A stretch of DNA of 64,000 bases from an uncultured Acidobacteriota bacterium (GCA_963847075.1 CAWJYL010000002.1:1608121-1672120); one strand, 5' to 3'; counted from the stretch's first letter, positions 51,229 through 62,430 are shown. Numbers and translations are program-made. The notes: generated by a model from the sequence alone, not told the origin.

Positions 51229-51310
51229 GGCGAACAAAAACACGGACACACGGGAGGAGTATTTCGGCACCATTCAGGAATTCGCAAGAATTCCGCGCCT
51301 TCAACTCCCT
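51229..51310 (+). repeat. ssrA-associated att-like element, copy F (3' truncated)
   Basis: GGCGAACAAAAACACGGACACACGGGAGGAGTATTTCGGCACCATTCAGGAATTCGCAAGAATTCC is followed by GCGCCTTCAACTCCC. The element ends inside the T-loop equivalent. Confidence 0.75.
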
Positions 51311-51562
51311 TCAGCGTTTCCTTCTCCTTCTCCTTCGAGGGATCTTCGCCGTGCGATGCGGACAGGGGCTTGTCGAAGGGGGGGTGAACGAGAACGTCCG
51401 CACGCTACCCTCGGCGTCGGTCCGAGGCGGATCGATCAACGTGAAGTCGGCGTTCTGGCCGGCTTCGAAGGCGAAGTCGGAGCCGGACGTGTCGAATCGG
51501 AAGGCCATCGTGCCTTCGGCGACTTCCTTTCGCTCCGCGAGCGGGAAGAGGTGCTCGGCCAT
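51311..51562 (-). pseudogene. 3'-truncated FAD-binding oxidoreductase (ferredoxin-NADP-reductase-like) fragment
   Basis: MAEHLFPLAERKEVAEGTMAFRFDTSGSDFAFEAGQNADFTLIDPPRTDAEGSVRTFS is the N-terminal FAD-binding barrel only. The reading frame then runs into att copy F. Confidence 0.5.
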
Positions 51563-51825
51563 CAGGCCTGCTTCGGCACCTCGGCAGGCGGCAGGGGCTG
51601 CGCGGCGGGGCCGCGAAGGACGGATCCATCGGCAGCGAACCGCGAGCCGTGACACGGGCAGTCCCAGACTTTTTCGGCGCCGTTCCATTCGACGTCGCAG
51701 CCTCGATGCGGGCACACACTGCTCATGGCGTGCAGAGTCCCGCCCTCGTCCCGATAGACGACCGTGCGCTGGTCGAGCAGTAATTTTCCTTCACCGTTCG
51801 GCAGGCTGTCGAGTTGCGTGCTCAT
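51562..51825 (-). CDS. Rieske [2Fe-2S] domain protein
   Basis: ATG 51825. Reads LHAMSSVCPHRGCDVEW...WDCPCHGSRF (CxH...CxxH). It overlaps the downstream start as ATGA. The rest of the 479-aa ORF 51562..53001 is a shadow of the MFS gene. Confidence 0.75.
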   Translation of the reverse strand: MSTQLDSLPNGEGKLLLDQRTVVYRDEGGTLHAMSSVCPHRGCDVEWNGAEKVWDCPCHGSRFAADGSVLRGPAAQPLPPAEVPKQA

Positions 51826-51891
51826 CGCTCGATCCTCCTCCGATGAGTCTACGTCGTTCGAAGATATCTCGCGGCGTGGCATAGTCCTCCC

Positions 51892-53454
51892 ATGTCCTCG
51901 GTGCTTCCCGCACCCTGCGCCGAAGGGCTCGCGCTTTCGACGAACGCCCAGCCGTGCTCGCCCGGCACCGGCCGCTGGGTCCTCGCCGCGTCGATCCTCG
52001 GCTCCAGCATGGCCTTCATCGACAGCATGGTCGTCAACGTCGCCCTGCCAGTTCTCCAGGAGGACCTGGGCGCCACGGTCTCCGGCGCGCAGTGGATCGT
52101 GGAGGCCTATGCGCTCTTTCTCTCCTCGCTCGTCCTCGTCGGCGGCTGGCTCGCGGACCGGTTCGGCCGCCGGAGGATCTTCACCCTCGGCGTGGCGGTA
52201 TTCGCCGCGGCGTCGCTGGCGTGCGGGCTGGCGCCGAATGTGCTCGCGATCATCGCCGCGCGGGCGGCGCAGGGACTGGGAGCCGCGCTGCTGGTGCCGT
52301 CGAGCCTCGCGATGCTCGGAGCGGCCTTCGCGCGAGAGCAACGCGGGCGCGCCATCGGGACCTGGTCGGCGCTGACCTCGATCGCCGGCGCGATCGGACC
52401 TGCCGTCGGGGGATGGGTCGTGCAGGCCATCTCGTGGCGCGCGATCTTTCTGATCAACCTTCCGATCGCCGGAGTGGTCGTCTGGATTGCCATTCGCAAG
52501 GTCCCGGAGACCCGCAACCCGTCGTCGGCCCCCCCCGATCTTGGCGGAGCCGCCACCGCGACGCTGGGCCTCGCCTTGCTCGTCTACGGCCTGATCGAGG
52601 CGCCTTCGCTCGGCTGGGCGAACGCGCGCGCGTGGGGCACGGCCGCGGCCGGCGTCGTCGGTCTTCTTGCGTTTGTCGCGATCGAACGTCGCAGCCGCCA
52701 CCCGATGGTGCCGCTCGAGCTCTTCAAGAACCGGACGTTCGCGGCTGCCAATCTGCTGACGCTGTTTCTCTATGCCGCGCTCGCGGCGACCTTCTTCTTT
52801 CTCCCGTTCGTGATGATTCAGGCGCGCGGCTACACGCCTGCGGCCTCCGGCGCGGCGGTCTTGCCTATCGTCGTGATCATCTCCGCGCTCTCCCGCACCG
52901 CAGGGGGCCTCGCCGACCGCTTCGGCCCGCGTTTGCCCCTGACCGTCGGGCCCTGGATCGCCGCGGCGGGATTCGTGCTCTTCGCCGTCCTGCCGGCCCA
53001 TGCGTCCTACGCGGCGTCGCTCCTTCCCGCGCTCTGCGTGCTCGGGCTCGGCATGGCCGCTACGGTCGCGCCCCTGACCGCCGCCGTCCTGAACGCCGTG
53101 GACCAGGATGACCAGGGGGCCGCGTCCGGCGTCAACAACGCGGTCGCGCGGGTCGCGGCGCTCCTGGCGATCGCAATCTTCGGCATCCTCGCCGCGGCGG
53201 CGTTCAATCGGGATCTCGACCGTCGTCTCGCCGCGGCAAATGTCTCGTCGACGACGAGCCGGCTCCTCGAGCCCGAACGCGCCAGGCTGGGCGCCATCAA
53301 GCCCCCGACCGGCATTCCCGCGGCCGAGGCCGCCGCGATCCGCCGGTCCGTCGCCGATTCGCTCGACTCCTCGTTTCAGAGAGTGAGCCTCGTCTGCGCC
53401 GCTCTCGCGCTCGTGGCCGGGGTGTGCGGGGCTTCGGTCGCGAGGCGGCGTTGA
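51892..53454 (+). CDS. MFS transporter, DHA2 (EmrB/QacA, 14-TM) type
   Basis: Intact 520 aa reading FIDSMVVNVALPVLQEDLGAT..QWIVEAYAL...LADRFGRRRIF...ARAAQGLGAALLVPSSLA. Confidence 0.85.
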   Translation: MSSVLPAPCAEGLALSTNAQPCSPGTGRWVLAASILGSSMAFIDSMVVNVALPVLQEDLGATVSGAQWIVEAYALFLSSLVLVGGWLADRFGRRRIFTLGVAVFAAASLACGLAPNVLAIIAARAAQGLGAALLVPSSLAMLGAAFAREQRGRAIGTWSALTSIAGAIGPAVGGWVVQAISWRAIFLINLPIAGVVVWIAIRKVPETRNPSSAPPDLGGAATATLGLALLVYGLIEAPSLGWANARAWGTAAAGVVGLLAFVAIERRSRHPMVPLELFKNRTFAAANLLTLFLYAALAATFFFLPFVMIQARGYTPAASGAAVLPIVVIISALSRTAGGLADRFGPRLPLTVGPWIAAAGFVLFAVLPAHASYAASLLPALCVLGLGMAATVAPLTAAVLNAVDQDDQGAASGVNNAVARVAALLAIAIFGILAAAAFNRDLDRRLAAANVSSTTSRLLEPERARLGAIKPPTGIPAAEAAAIRRSVADSLDSSFQRVSLVCAALALVAGVCGASVARRR

Positions 53455-53467
53455 GAGGCCTGCGAGC

Positions 53468-54061
53468 TCAGCGGCCCTGCTGTTGCTGCTTCGACGGAGC
53501 CGCCTCGGGCTTGCCCTCCGGCTTCTTCGGCGGCTTCGAGGCCTTCGGCTTCGCCTTTGCCGCGGGGGCCGTGGCCTTCGGGGCCGATTTGTGCTCCGGC
53601 TGGGCAGCGTGCGCGGCTGCCTTGGACGGCGGCGCTTCCCGAACTGCCTCGTGACGCTGCTCTTGATTTGACGGCGCGGGCTTGGCCCTGGGCTGATCGA
53701 CCTCGGGCCGATGCTGCACTGAGGTCGAGTGAGAGTTGGACGCGCTCGCGCGATGTTCGGCCTTCAGCGTCTCCTTCTCGACAGGTTGAGGCCTCGTACT
53801 CGAGCTTCTCCAAGCGGACACGGACGAAGCGGGCTCGTGGCGCTCCGGCTGCACCTTCGCGGGCTGCGACACGTGGTCGTCCGGCCTGGTCGACTCGCGC
53901 TTCTTCGAGCTCGACGAAACGGGAACCGCTTTCCCGGGCCGCGCAGAGCCGGAGATGGCGGCCTCACGTCGTAGACGTCGGTGGCGGTGAAACGCACGCT
54001 TTCCCCCTGACACATCATCGTTTCGGCAGTCGGACACCGTCGACTTCGCCGTCAATTTCAC
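53468..54061 (-). CDS. hypothetical low-complexity basic protein
   Basis: 197-aa ORF rich in P/A/K/S/H with a KPKASKPPKKPEGKPE tail. It overlaps the upstream wHTH gene's stop by 4 nt. Coding status is uncertain. Confidence 0.35.
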   Translation of the reverse strand: MKLTAKSTVSDCRNDDVSGGKRAFHRHRRLRREAAISGSARPGKAVPVSSSSKKRESTRPDDHVSQPAKVQPERHEPASSVSAWRSSSTRPQPVEKETLKAEHRASASNSHSTSVQHRPEVDQPRAKPAPSNQEQRHEAVREAPPSKAAAHAAQPEHKSAPKATAPAAKAKPKASKPPKKPEGKPEAAPSKQQQQGR

Positions 54062-54387
54062 AGGCGCTTGCCGGTGTGGCGGGGCCGCTTCCGCAGTGTC
54101 GCCAGGGTTCGTCTCAGCCGGTCTTCGGGTTCGGCAAGTCGATCCAGAAATACCAGCAGTTCGCGGCGAGCAAAATACCGCGGGTTCAGCGAATAGACTC
54201 GGGTTCGCCCCAGGCTTCTACCGGCAACGAGCCCGTCCCTCTCCAGGCTGAGAAGTGCCTTCTGGATCACGGAAATGGAACGTCTGAGGATCCGCGCCAG
54301 CTCGCGCGGATAACTCTGCTCGAGGAGCCTGATAGCCAGCAAGAGCCGGGTCCTCGTCTGAGAACCGAATGGCGAACTGACCTCCAT
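54058..54387 (-). CDS. winged-helix DNA-binding protein (MarR/ArsR-like fold)
   Basis: 109 aa reading TRTRLLLAIRLLEQSYPRELARILRRSISVIQKALLSLERDGLVAGRSLGRTRVYSLNP. Confidence 0.6.
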   Translation of the reverse strand: MEVSSPFGSQTRTRLLLAIRLLEQSYPRELARILRRSISVIQKALLSLERDGLVAGRSLGRTRVYSLNPRYFARRELLVFLDRLAEPEDRLRRTLATLRKRPRHTGKRL

Positions 54388-54441
54388 AGGAGGTCATATG
54401 ACCTCAAAAAGAGGTCAATGGCAACCAGTTACCCAACGTAG

Positions 54442-55547
<1,106 letters not shown>

Positions 55548-55569
55548 TCAGACGAGTGCGGAGTGACCA

Positions 55570-57174
55570 ATGATCGTTGCGGCCGTCACGGGTCCGCGCG
55601 TCCCCTTGCTAGAATGCTGCATGCACGCCCACGCAGAACTGCCGGCCGGGCCCGTGCCGGCACACTCAGGGCGAGAGATCGCCCTCCTGCGGATCGTCGT
55701 GGCGGCGGCCGGCGCCGTGCTGATGGCCCTGGAGATCCTGGGCTCGCGCATCCTCGCCCCGAGCTACGGCTCGTCCGTCTACGTCTGGGGCAGCCTGATC
55801 TCGACCTTTCTCGTGGCGCTCTCGGTCGGCTATGCCCTCGGCGGCCGCATCGCGGACAAACGGCCGTCGTTCGCCGCGCTGTCGTCCGTCCTCTCCCTCT
55901 CGGCCGTATTGATGCTGCCGAGCATCGTCTGGGCAAACGCGCTCCTCCGTCTCATCGGTGGGTTCGGATGGGACGTGCGCTGGTCCGCGCTTGCCGCGGC
56001 GGTCGTTTTCTTCCTGCCGGCGTCGCTCGCGATGGGGATGGTGACGCCCTTTGCTGTGCGCATCGGAATTCGCCGCATGGAAGCGGCCGGGACGGTCTCG
56101 GGAGGTTACTCGGCCCTCTCGACGGCAGGGTCGATCATCGGCACGCTCGCGGCGACGTTCGTGCTCATTCCGCTCTTTCCGGTCGACGCGCTCCTCGTCG
56201 GCCTCGCCGTGACGCTCCTGCTGTGCGCCGGGATCCTGGTTCGCGACCGGGCGAGCGCCGTCGTCGCGGTCTTCGCCGCGCTCGCTTTGGGCGCGGGAAT
56301 TCTCACGCGGATTCCTCCTGCGGCGATCGGCGGCGAGAGGATCCTGCTGCGCCGGGACACGCCCTACCACCACATCGCCGTCACGCAGCTCGACACCACG
56401 CGCCGGATGCGGTTCGACGCGCTCACCCAGAGCGGCGTCAATATCCTGCGTCCGGAGCGCTCGCTTCTCGGCTACGACGAGGGGCTTCTCGCGTCTCTCG
56501 CTTTTCGCCCCGGGATCCGCCGCGTCTGCGTCATCGGTCTGGGAGGCGGCACGTTTCCGCGCTTGCTCGCGCGGATACGGCCGGAGGTCGAGATCGACAC
56601 GGTCGAGATCGACCCCGTCGTGCGGGATATCGCGATCGAGTACTTCCTCTATAGGGAGTCCGAGCGCGTGCGCACCGTCATCGCCGATGGGCGCGTGTTC
56701 CTCGCGCGAGCGGGGCCGGCGTACGACCTGATCATCCTGGATGCGTTCAACTCGACCGGCGTACCCTTTCACCTGACGACGCGGGAGTTCTTCGAGACGC
56801 TGCGTCGAAGGCTCTCGCCCGACGGCATGTTCGCCGCGAATTTCGTCGGCAACCTCATGGGCAAGGATGGGCGCCTGTTCTGGGCGTCGTACAAGGCGAT
56901 CCGGCAACAGTTCGGACAGGTCTACGTCGCGAGCCCCCGCCTCGTGGCCGGCAAGTCGCCGTCCGTCGGAAATCTGATCGTCTATGCCACCCTGTCGGCG
57001 GACCCACAGGACTTCGACGCGCTACGACTCCGGGTCTCGGAGCTGGCGAAGCGGTGGGATCTGCGCACCATCGACTCCTACATGGGATGGCTCGTTCACT
57101 CTCCTCAGCCGCCCGAGGGCATTCCCGAGCTGACGGACGCCTACGCCCCGGTCGAGGCCCTGCAGAATTTCTGA
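55570..57174 (+). CDS. membrane-fused spermidine synthase-like protein
   Basis: 534 aa. The N-terminal half has ~7 TM segments. The C-terminal half reads VCVIGLGGGTFPRLL...VEIDPVVRDIA...DLIILDAFNS, a spermidine-synthase/methyltransferase fold. The start is uncertain (ATG 55621 is an alternative). Confidence 0.8.
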   Translation: MIVAAVTGPRVPLLECCMHAHAELPAGPVPAHSGREIALLRIVVAAAGAVLMALEILGSRILAPSYGSSVYVWGSLISTFLVALSVGYALGGRIADKRPSFAALSSVLSLSAVLMLPSIVWANALLRLIGGFGWDVRWSALAAAVVFFLPASLAMGMVTPFAVRIGIRRMEAAGTVSGGYSALSTAGSIIGTLAATFVLIPLFPVDALLVGLAVTLLLCAGILVRDRASAVVAVFAALALGAGILTRIPPAAIGGERILLRRDTPYHHIAVTQLDTTRRMRFDALTQSGVNILRPERSLLGYDEGLLASLAFRPGIRRVCVIGLGGGTFPRLLARIRPEVEIDTVEIDPVVRDIAIEYFLYRESERVRTVIADGRVFLARAGPAYDLIILDAFNSTGVPFHLTTREFFETLRRRLSPDGMFAANFVGNLMGKDGRLFWASYKAIRQQFGQVYVASPRLVAGKSPSVGNLIVYATLSADPQDFDALRLRVSELAKRWDLRTIDSYMGWLVHSPQPPEGIPELTDAYAPVEALQNF

Positions 57175-57358
57175 GGGAAGCTCCCAAACGGGTCTCGCTC
57201 GCTCACCGATTCCCGATCGACCTCGTCATGTCCTCGAGCTCGGCTCCGGTTTGCATCGTTGGCGACGCGACGGCGAGCTCCACACCCGAAGCGAAACCGG
57301 GGTGTCGCCCATGGCGGCACCCCGGAGCAAGTTGGAACGATGGCGGTCCGTGAACGGA

Positions 57359-57802
57359 TTACTTTTCGAGCGTGACCTTCAGCCCGGAGGCCGCGACCTT
57401 GATGTTGGCGCCCTTGGATTCGCTCTTGAGGTTGATCACCACGCCCTTGTCGTTGCGCAGAGATGAGACGCCGACACCCTTGCCCGCGGTGCCTTCAGCG
57501 CTGGCGGCCGCGTAAACACCGGCGAAGTCGTCGATGCTCTTGAGATTGTAGACGCTGCCCCTGGCCTCCGCCTTCGTGATTCCCACCTCGGCGACCGAGA
57601 GCCCTTCCACCTTGAAGTGATACGTTTGCCCCTCGAAAAAGACCTCGCCACGGCCCCAGGTCCAGCCGATACCCGCCGCGGCCGATCCCTCAGAGAGCCG
57701 GACCGTGGCGTCCGGACTCTTGTCCTCCTTCGCCAGCGACGATCCGGTCAGAAGAGCCATCATTCCGATAGCGGCGATCCATACAGTCCATCGACGTTGC
57801 AT
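57359..57802 (-). CDS. secreted protein of unrecognised family
   Basis: ATG 57802 follows AGGAGG. Signal peptide MQRRWTVWIAAIGMMALLTGSSLA. The protein is Gly-rich and beta-strand-like. The upstream part of ORF 57359..58072 is unsupported. Confidence 0.6.
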   Translation of the reverse strand: MQRRWTVWIAAIGMMALLTGSSLAKEDKSPDATVRLSEGSAAAGIGWTWGRGEVFFEGQTYHFKVEGLSVAEVGITKAEARGSVYNLKSIDDFAGVYAAASAEGTAGKGVGVSSLRNDKGVVINLKSESKGANIKVAASGLKVTLEK

Positions 57803-58136
57803 AAGAACCTCCTTGCACAGCTCCATCGTTGCAAGGACCGGGCCACGCGGGACAGCCCGGACGGGTGATCGGTCCTTTCCCATCGGCGAGGGCGGGCCGG
57901 CCGCTGCCGGCGACGGGGACATCGACATCTCGATCGTTGACCACGACATCAGGTCCGTCGACCGCGGCCCCGCTTGTCGCGGCCGGCATCCCCGATGCCG
58001 TGCCATTTCTAAACGCAACCTGGCGGCTAAAACGGGGGGCCTGTATGACGCGCCCCGTCGTGTCGTGATCACGCATCCTGGCTAAAACGTGCTTCGCTCG
58101 GCACGCTTTGTGCAGCAACACGTGTGGGAGGTCCTT

Positions 58137-58364
58137 ATGTACCTCTTGGTCGAGGCGAGCACACACAGAGGCCGTCGGCGCTTCATCATCGGGGGCGACA
58201 CCGGCAAGGAGGCGGAGGCCTTGATGAGGGCTTTCGTCGATGAGGACGGCCGCATCATGGATGAATCCGGAGAGTGGTTCGAGGCGTCCGAGATTGATGT
58301 GGCCAGCATCGCAGCCAGGAGAGTTCCCGTCCCGCCCGGTATAGCGCTGCGTCTGATCGCCTAA
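58137..58364 (+). CDS. small hypothetical protein
   Basis: ATG 58137 follows GGGAGG. 75 aa with no recognisable motif. Confidence 0.35.
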   Translation: MYLLVEASTHRGRRRFIIGGDTGKEAEALMRAFVDEDGRIMDESGEWFEASEIDVASIAARRVPVPPGIALRLIA

Positions 58365-58632
58365 CCGAATCCGGCTGCGCGAGTTTCGTCGCTTTGTTGA
58401 GCGTGGCTCTTGGGAATGAGGCAAATGGGTAGCAGCCGCCCTGGTCTGAGCATGGAGCAGTCGCTCCCACCGCGTCCTCGAAGGCGGGGCCGACTCGCGG
58501 CGAGGATTGCGGCCGATGCCGGCGAAAAGGAGCCCGAAGACCGTTCCATCGGCAAGTTTTCCTATCGTCCACAGATCAGCAAGAACCCCCGGGTGGCGCA
58601 ACCCTTGCAAATTTAGGTATCGGAGGATTGTC

Positions 58633-59211
58633 ATGGATCCCGTCGTCGCCATCTTTCCGAATCGCGCAGCGGCCGAGCGGGCGGCGCAAAAGTCGCTGGA
58701 GTTCCTCGGCAACCGCATCGAACTGTTGCTGCCCGGCCCGGAGAACCTCGAGTCAGTCGTACCGACCGACGAGGCCGAGGCGTCAGGGGTGGGCCAGGCG
58801 GTGGGGGGCGTCGTCGGAGCGGCAACGGGGGCTTCCGCCGGCTTCGGGCTTGGCGCCGTGACCGCCCTGCTCATACCCGGAATCGGGCCGGTGACGGCCG
58901 TGGGGATGGCAGCGGCGGCACTGTTCGGCATCGCGGGCGCGGCCGGTGGCGCAGCCGCCGGCGCCGCCCTCGAGCACGAATCCCGCACCGGCCTGCCGCG
59001 GGACGAGATCTACTTGTATGAGAACGCCCTGGCCGCGGGCCGCGGCGTCCTGTTCGCGCTGGTCGAAAACGAAAAAGAGGCCGACGAGGTCCGCCGGGTG
59101 TTCGAAGCCGCCGGCGCAGAGAGCCTCGATGCCGCACGTTACAAGTGGTGGATCGGACTGCGGGACGCGGGCGGCCCGGACGCGAAAGGGGCGGGCACGG
59201 ACATCGAGTAG
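58633..59211 (+). CDS. hypothetical membrane protein with glycine-zipper segment
   Basis: In-frame ATG 58633. Reads MDPVVAIFPNRAAAERAAQ..., then GVGQAVGGVVGAATGASAGFGLGAV...GIAGAAGGAAAGAAL. The architecture resembles the 37911-38630 product. Confidence 0.5.
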   Translation: MDPVVAIFPNRAAAERAAQKSLEFLGNRIELLLPGPENLESVVPTDEAEASGVGQAVGGVVGAATGASAGFGLGAVTALLIPGIGPVTAVGMAAAALFGIAGAAGGAAAGAALEHESRTGLPRDEIYLYENALAAGRGVLFALVENEKEADEVRRVFEAAGAESLDAARYKWWIGLRDAGGPDAKGAGTDIE

Positions 59212-59761
59212 ACGGTCTACGGCAAGGGCTTCCTCGCGGCGCTACGCCCGGATGTTGAGGGTCAGGACTATGCGCGAGCACTGCCGGTACTGCGGCAGCA
59301 CTTCGGCGATGTTGCCCGGTCCGACGCGTTCCAGCAGGGATACGCGCGCGGGGCGGCCGCTGCGGAGGCCCGGCTGGGAGAGATCGGCGCGGGAGTGAAG
59401 AAATGAGCGCTTGGTCGAGGCACGACGGATGGCCGCTTAGCATGTGAGCTCGCCGGCACGACTCCGCATTCTTGCGCCCGACGAGCGAGCATCCGAGTTG
59501 CTGCGGGTTACTGAGTCGGTCGTCCCTGGCGCTCGAGCCGGACAGGCCGACCCATATCGGCGGACTCGGCAGAGCCCGGATGATGCGGACGCTCGCTTGC
59601 GCGTTTGGCAGATATCGAGGCCTCACCGCTTGCCCCGCCTCTTCGCGCCGGGGCCGTTGGCCCGAAATTGGCAAGGTTTCTTCGGTGTGGCTGCAAACAT
59701 CCTCTCCCCCGCGGCGTGGCGACGGAGCCGGAAGTCGAATTCCTTCCGCGGCCTTCGCCTG

Positions 59762-60682
59762 GTGCGGGCCGTTCTCGGCGCCATCGGGCGCGTGTCGGAA
59801 AGTACCTGCGGGCACTGTGCGGCGCTCGCGTTTCTCCGGCCTCCCCGATTCCCGCGGACGCGAACGGAACGCGACCTTCTTTCGCATGGCCACCCGATTC
59901 GGGTGGGGGGGCGGCACGGTGACGTTGCGATGTGGCAGTGGGGCTGCGGCCCGCGAGTGCTCCTGGTCCACGGTTGGGGCGGGCACGCGGCGCGCCTGCG
60001 GCACTTCGTAGTTCCGCTGGTTCGGGCGGGATTCGGCGTCGTTTCGTTCGACGCGCCGGGGCACGGCTTCTCGCACGGGAGCCTTGCTTCTCTCCCCGAT
60101 TTCATCGATGCGGTTCGTCTGGCATCCCGGATAACGGATCCCGTCGCGCTGATCGGACACTCGATGGGCGCAGCCGCCTGCGCGCTCGCGCTCCGGGACG
60201 GCCTCGACGCGCAAGCGGCCGTTCTATTGTCGCCGCCGGAGGATCCCGAGCGGTATGCACTTCGGTTCGCCCGCTATCTCCGGCTATCGGCCGTCGCGAC
60301 GGCCTCGATGACGGACCGGCTTCAGGAGCGCTACGGTGTGCGCCTTCGCGACCTGCGGCTCGCGGTAAAGGGGCCTGCTGTCCCGATTCTCGTGTTCCAT
60401 GACGCGCGGGATGCGCGAGTTCCCGTCGGCGACTCAAAAGCGATCGCGGCGTCGTGGCCGTGCATGCGACTCGTCGTGACGCGCGGGCTCGGGCATCATC
60501 GGATCCTCCGCGACCGCACCGTGGTCTCCCAAGCGGTTTCGTTTCTCGAGGAGACGATCGGCTCGGCCGCGGCCATGGCCCGCATTCGGATCCCTTCGTC
60601 GGCCGAAGCCTGGAGCGGATCGGCACGGTTCCCGACGAGACACGGGAGAGCGAGCCAACTCAGGACCGCGGTTGGAGGTTGA
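59762..60682 (+). CDS. alpha/beta-fold hydrolase
   Basis: Reads VLLVHGWGGHAARL...FDAPGHGFS...LIGHSMGAAA...VFHDARDARVP...GLGHHRIL. The start is unresolved: the ORF opens at GTG 59444, GTG 59762 is a guess, and the domain begins ~59900. Confidence 0.7.
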   Translation: MRAVLGAIGRVSESTCGHCAALAFLRPPRFPRTRTERDLLSHGHPIRVGGRHGDVAMWQWGCGPRVLLVHGWGGHAARLRHFVVPLVRAGFGVVSFDAPGHGFSHGSLASLPDFIDAVRLASRITDPVALIGHSMGAAACALALRDGLDAQAAVLLSPPEDPERYALRFARYLRLSAVATASMTDRLQERYGVRLRDLRLAVKGPAVPILVFHDARDARVPVGDSKAIAASWPCMRLVVTRGLGHHRILRDRTVVSQAVSFLEETIGSAAAMARIRIPSSAEAWSGSARFPTRHGRASQLRTAVGG

Positions 60683-60818
60683 GCTATGAACAGAGTAACA
60701 GGAGCGCCAATCGCACCCGGTTCGCGATGAAGGCGCGGAGTGGCCCTCGCTGGCGCGTCTCTTGCACAGTTGAGGAGATGGGTCGCAATGGCGCGGCCCT
60801 CAGTTCAAGGAGGTTGGA

Positions 60819-61136
60819 ATGAAGAAGCTTGCTGCGCTGTCGGTTGCCGCGTTCTTCGCGCTATCGGTGGTCGCGCTCGCAGGCGGCTCCGACAATCGTG
60901 CAAACGATCGCACGATCACGGGAACCGTCTCCCAGATCGACGCTGCTGCGAAGTCGATGACCGTCAAGGATAGCGGCGGGAACGAGGTCACCGTCTACTG
61001 GAACGACGCCACCAGGCTGGACAGCGGCCTTCCGCAGACGGGGGCCACGGTCGCGGTGAAGGTCGACGGCAGCGACACCGGCTCAAAACCCGTCGCCAAG
61101 TCGATCTCGATCCAGCAGCCGAAAAAGCCCTATTAA
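60819..61136 (+). CDS. small secreted protein
   Basis: 105 aa. Signal peptide MKKLAALSVAAFFALSVVALAGG. GGAGG lies upstream. Confidence 0.6.
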   Translation: MKKLAALSVAAFFALSVVALAGGSDNRANDRTITGTVSQIDAAAKSMTVKDSGGNEVTVYWNDATRLDSGLPQTGATVAVKVDGSDTGSKPVAKSISIQQPKKPY

Positions 61137-61160
61137 CCGCGGCACGCCGTTCCATCGCGG

Positions 61161-61193
61161 CCCGGAGAGCCTTCACGGCTCACCGGGCCTTTT
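61161..61193 (+). terminator. candidate intrinsic terminator
   Basis: CCCGGAGAGCC-TTCA-CGGCTCACCGGG followed by CCTTTT. Confidence 0.45.
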
Positions 61194-61605
61194 CGCGTCT
61201 CGCGCGCTCTCCGGACGTGCACTCCTGGCGGCACGACGATTGCACTCTCAGGAAGAGCAGCCGGAGCAGGATCCAGGCCGCGTCAAAGGTTTACGGAGAG
61301 GCCGCGTGGAAGCGCCGGCCGCACGCACGCGCCGTCTGGGTGGCTCCTCAGTGGAAGCACTCGAGCCGCGGCTGGTATCGGACCGGCGGCCACTGGCATT
61401 GACCGCGCGCGTTCGGATTGCCCGACTGACATCGACGGACGCCCGTCGGAAAGGGCAAGTCCCGTGCCGCATCCGCGCGCCGGCTCGCCAGCCGAAATTC
61501 TCGCGGTTCATCCGACTGCCCTCATCGAATGGCATGAAAACTGCTCCTCTAGCTCCCTGAATGGAACGCGGCATGTAGCTGCAAGAGGCAAGAAAGGAGG
61601 CCATC

Positions 61606-62313
61606 GTGAAGTTCGCACATCGAGCCCTGATCGCAGTCGCTCTCTTGATAGCGGCCGGTCACCTGCGGGCACAAGAACCGGAACCACAGAATCCGCCCGC
61701 CGTTACGCCGATTCCGGTCGTATCTCCACCCCCAGCGATCGAGGCGAGCCCGGAACCCGAAGTGACGGCCGCTCCGGCCGAACCCGCGAACGCGCCGCCG
61801 CCTGCGCCGGTCGCCGAGATTCCGCAATCTTCCGCGATCGCGCCCATCGAGGCTCCGGCTCCCGTCGAGGCTCCAGCCGCGGCGACAGCTCGGACCTCAT
61901 CTGCGCGCGGGACGCGTAAACCGCGAGAAACTGCCCGGGAACCCAAGGCGTCGCCGCCCTCCGCCGAACTCGCCCATGCCCCGGCCGCGACGGCAGCCGT
62001 CGCGCAGACGGCACATGAAACGCTGCCGACTCCGGCCTTCGAGGGATCAACCGCGACATCCCCTGGCGCAGACTCCGCAGTGCCTCCCGTCGCTGTAGCC
62101 GACCAACAGCCCGTCGTTCAACCCGCCCCCGAGTCCGTGCCCGCCGAGCGGCGAACCGGCTCGACCTGGCTGCTGATCGGAGGACTGGCTCTCGGCGTCA
62201 TCGGAATCGCCACGATGATCTTCCGCCGGCGGCGCGAGGACAGCATCTCGATCCTGGAGCACGCGGGTCCGGTGCCGAGGCGACGGGATTCCGCGGTGCC
62301 GTACCACTCGTGA
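61606..62313 (+). CDS. Pro/Ala-rich secreted protein with C-terminal TM anchor
   Basis: GTG start. Has a signal peptide, a long P/A/E-rich low-complexity region and the TM segment WLLIGGLALGVIGIATMIF. Confidence 0.5.
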   Translation: MKFAHRALIAVALLIAAGHLRAQEPEPQNPPAVTPIPVVSPPPAIEASPEPEVTAAPAEPANAPPPAPVAEIPQSSAIAPIEAPAPVEAPAAATARTSSARGTRKPRETAREPKASPPSAELAHAPAATAAVAQTAHETLPTPAFEGSTATSPGADSAVPPVAVADQQPVVQPAPESVPAERRTGSTWLLIGGLALGVIGIATMIFRRRREDSISILEHAGPVPRRRDSAVPYHS

Positions 62314-62430
62314 GCGCCATGACGATGCGGCGGAAAGGTCAACCGGTCGCAGACCGGGGGGACGAGCGGGCTGGCGGCAATCCACCAGCCCCACGCCTTA
62401 CGCGCGGCAAACGCCGTCGAGGAGCAATCA

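Noticed and set aside
51562-53001. 479-aa minus-strand ORF, and similar long Arg-rich ORFs (43550..45148 plus, 46100..47266 minus, 55666..56907 minus, 57690..58988 minus, 58871..60214 minus)
   Set aside because: Each overlaps a gene with recognisable motifs on the other strand or in another frame (MFS, PLD, cls, SpeE-like and others). They have an R/G/P/A-dominated composition with no motifs. Only the last 87 aa of 51562..53001 (the Rieske domain) were kept.
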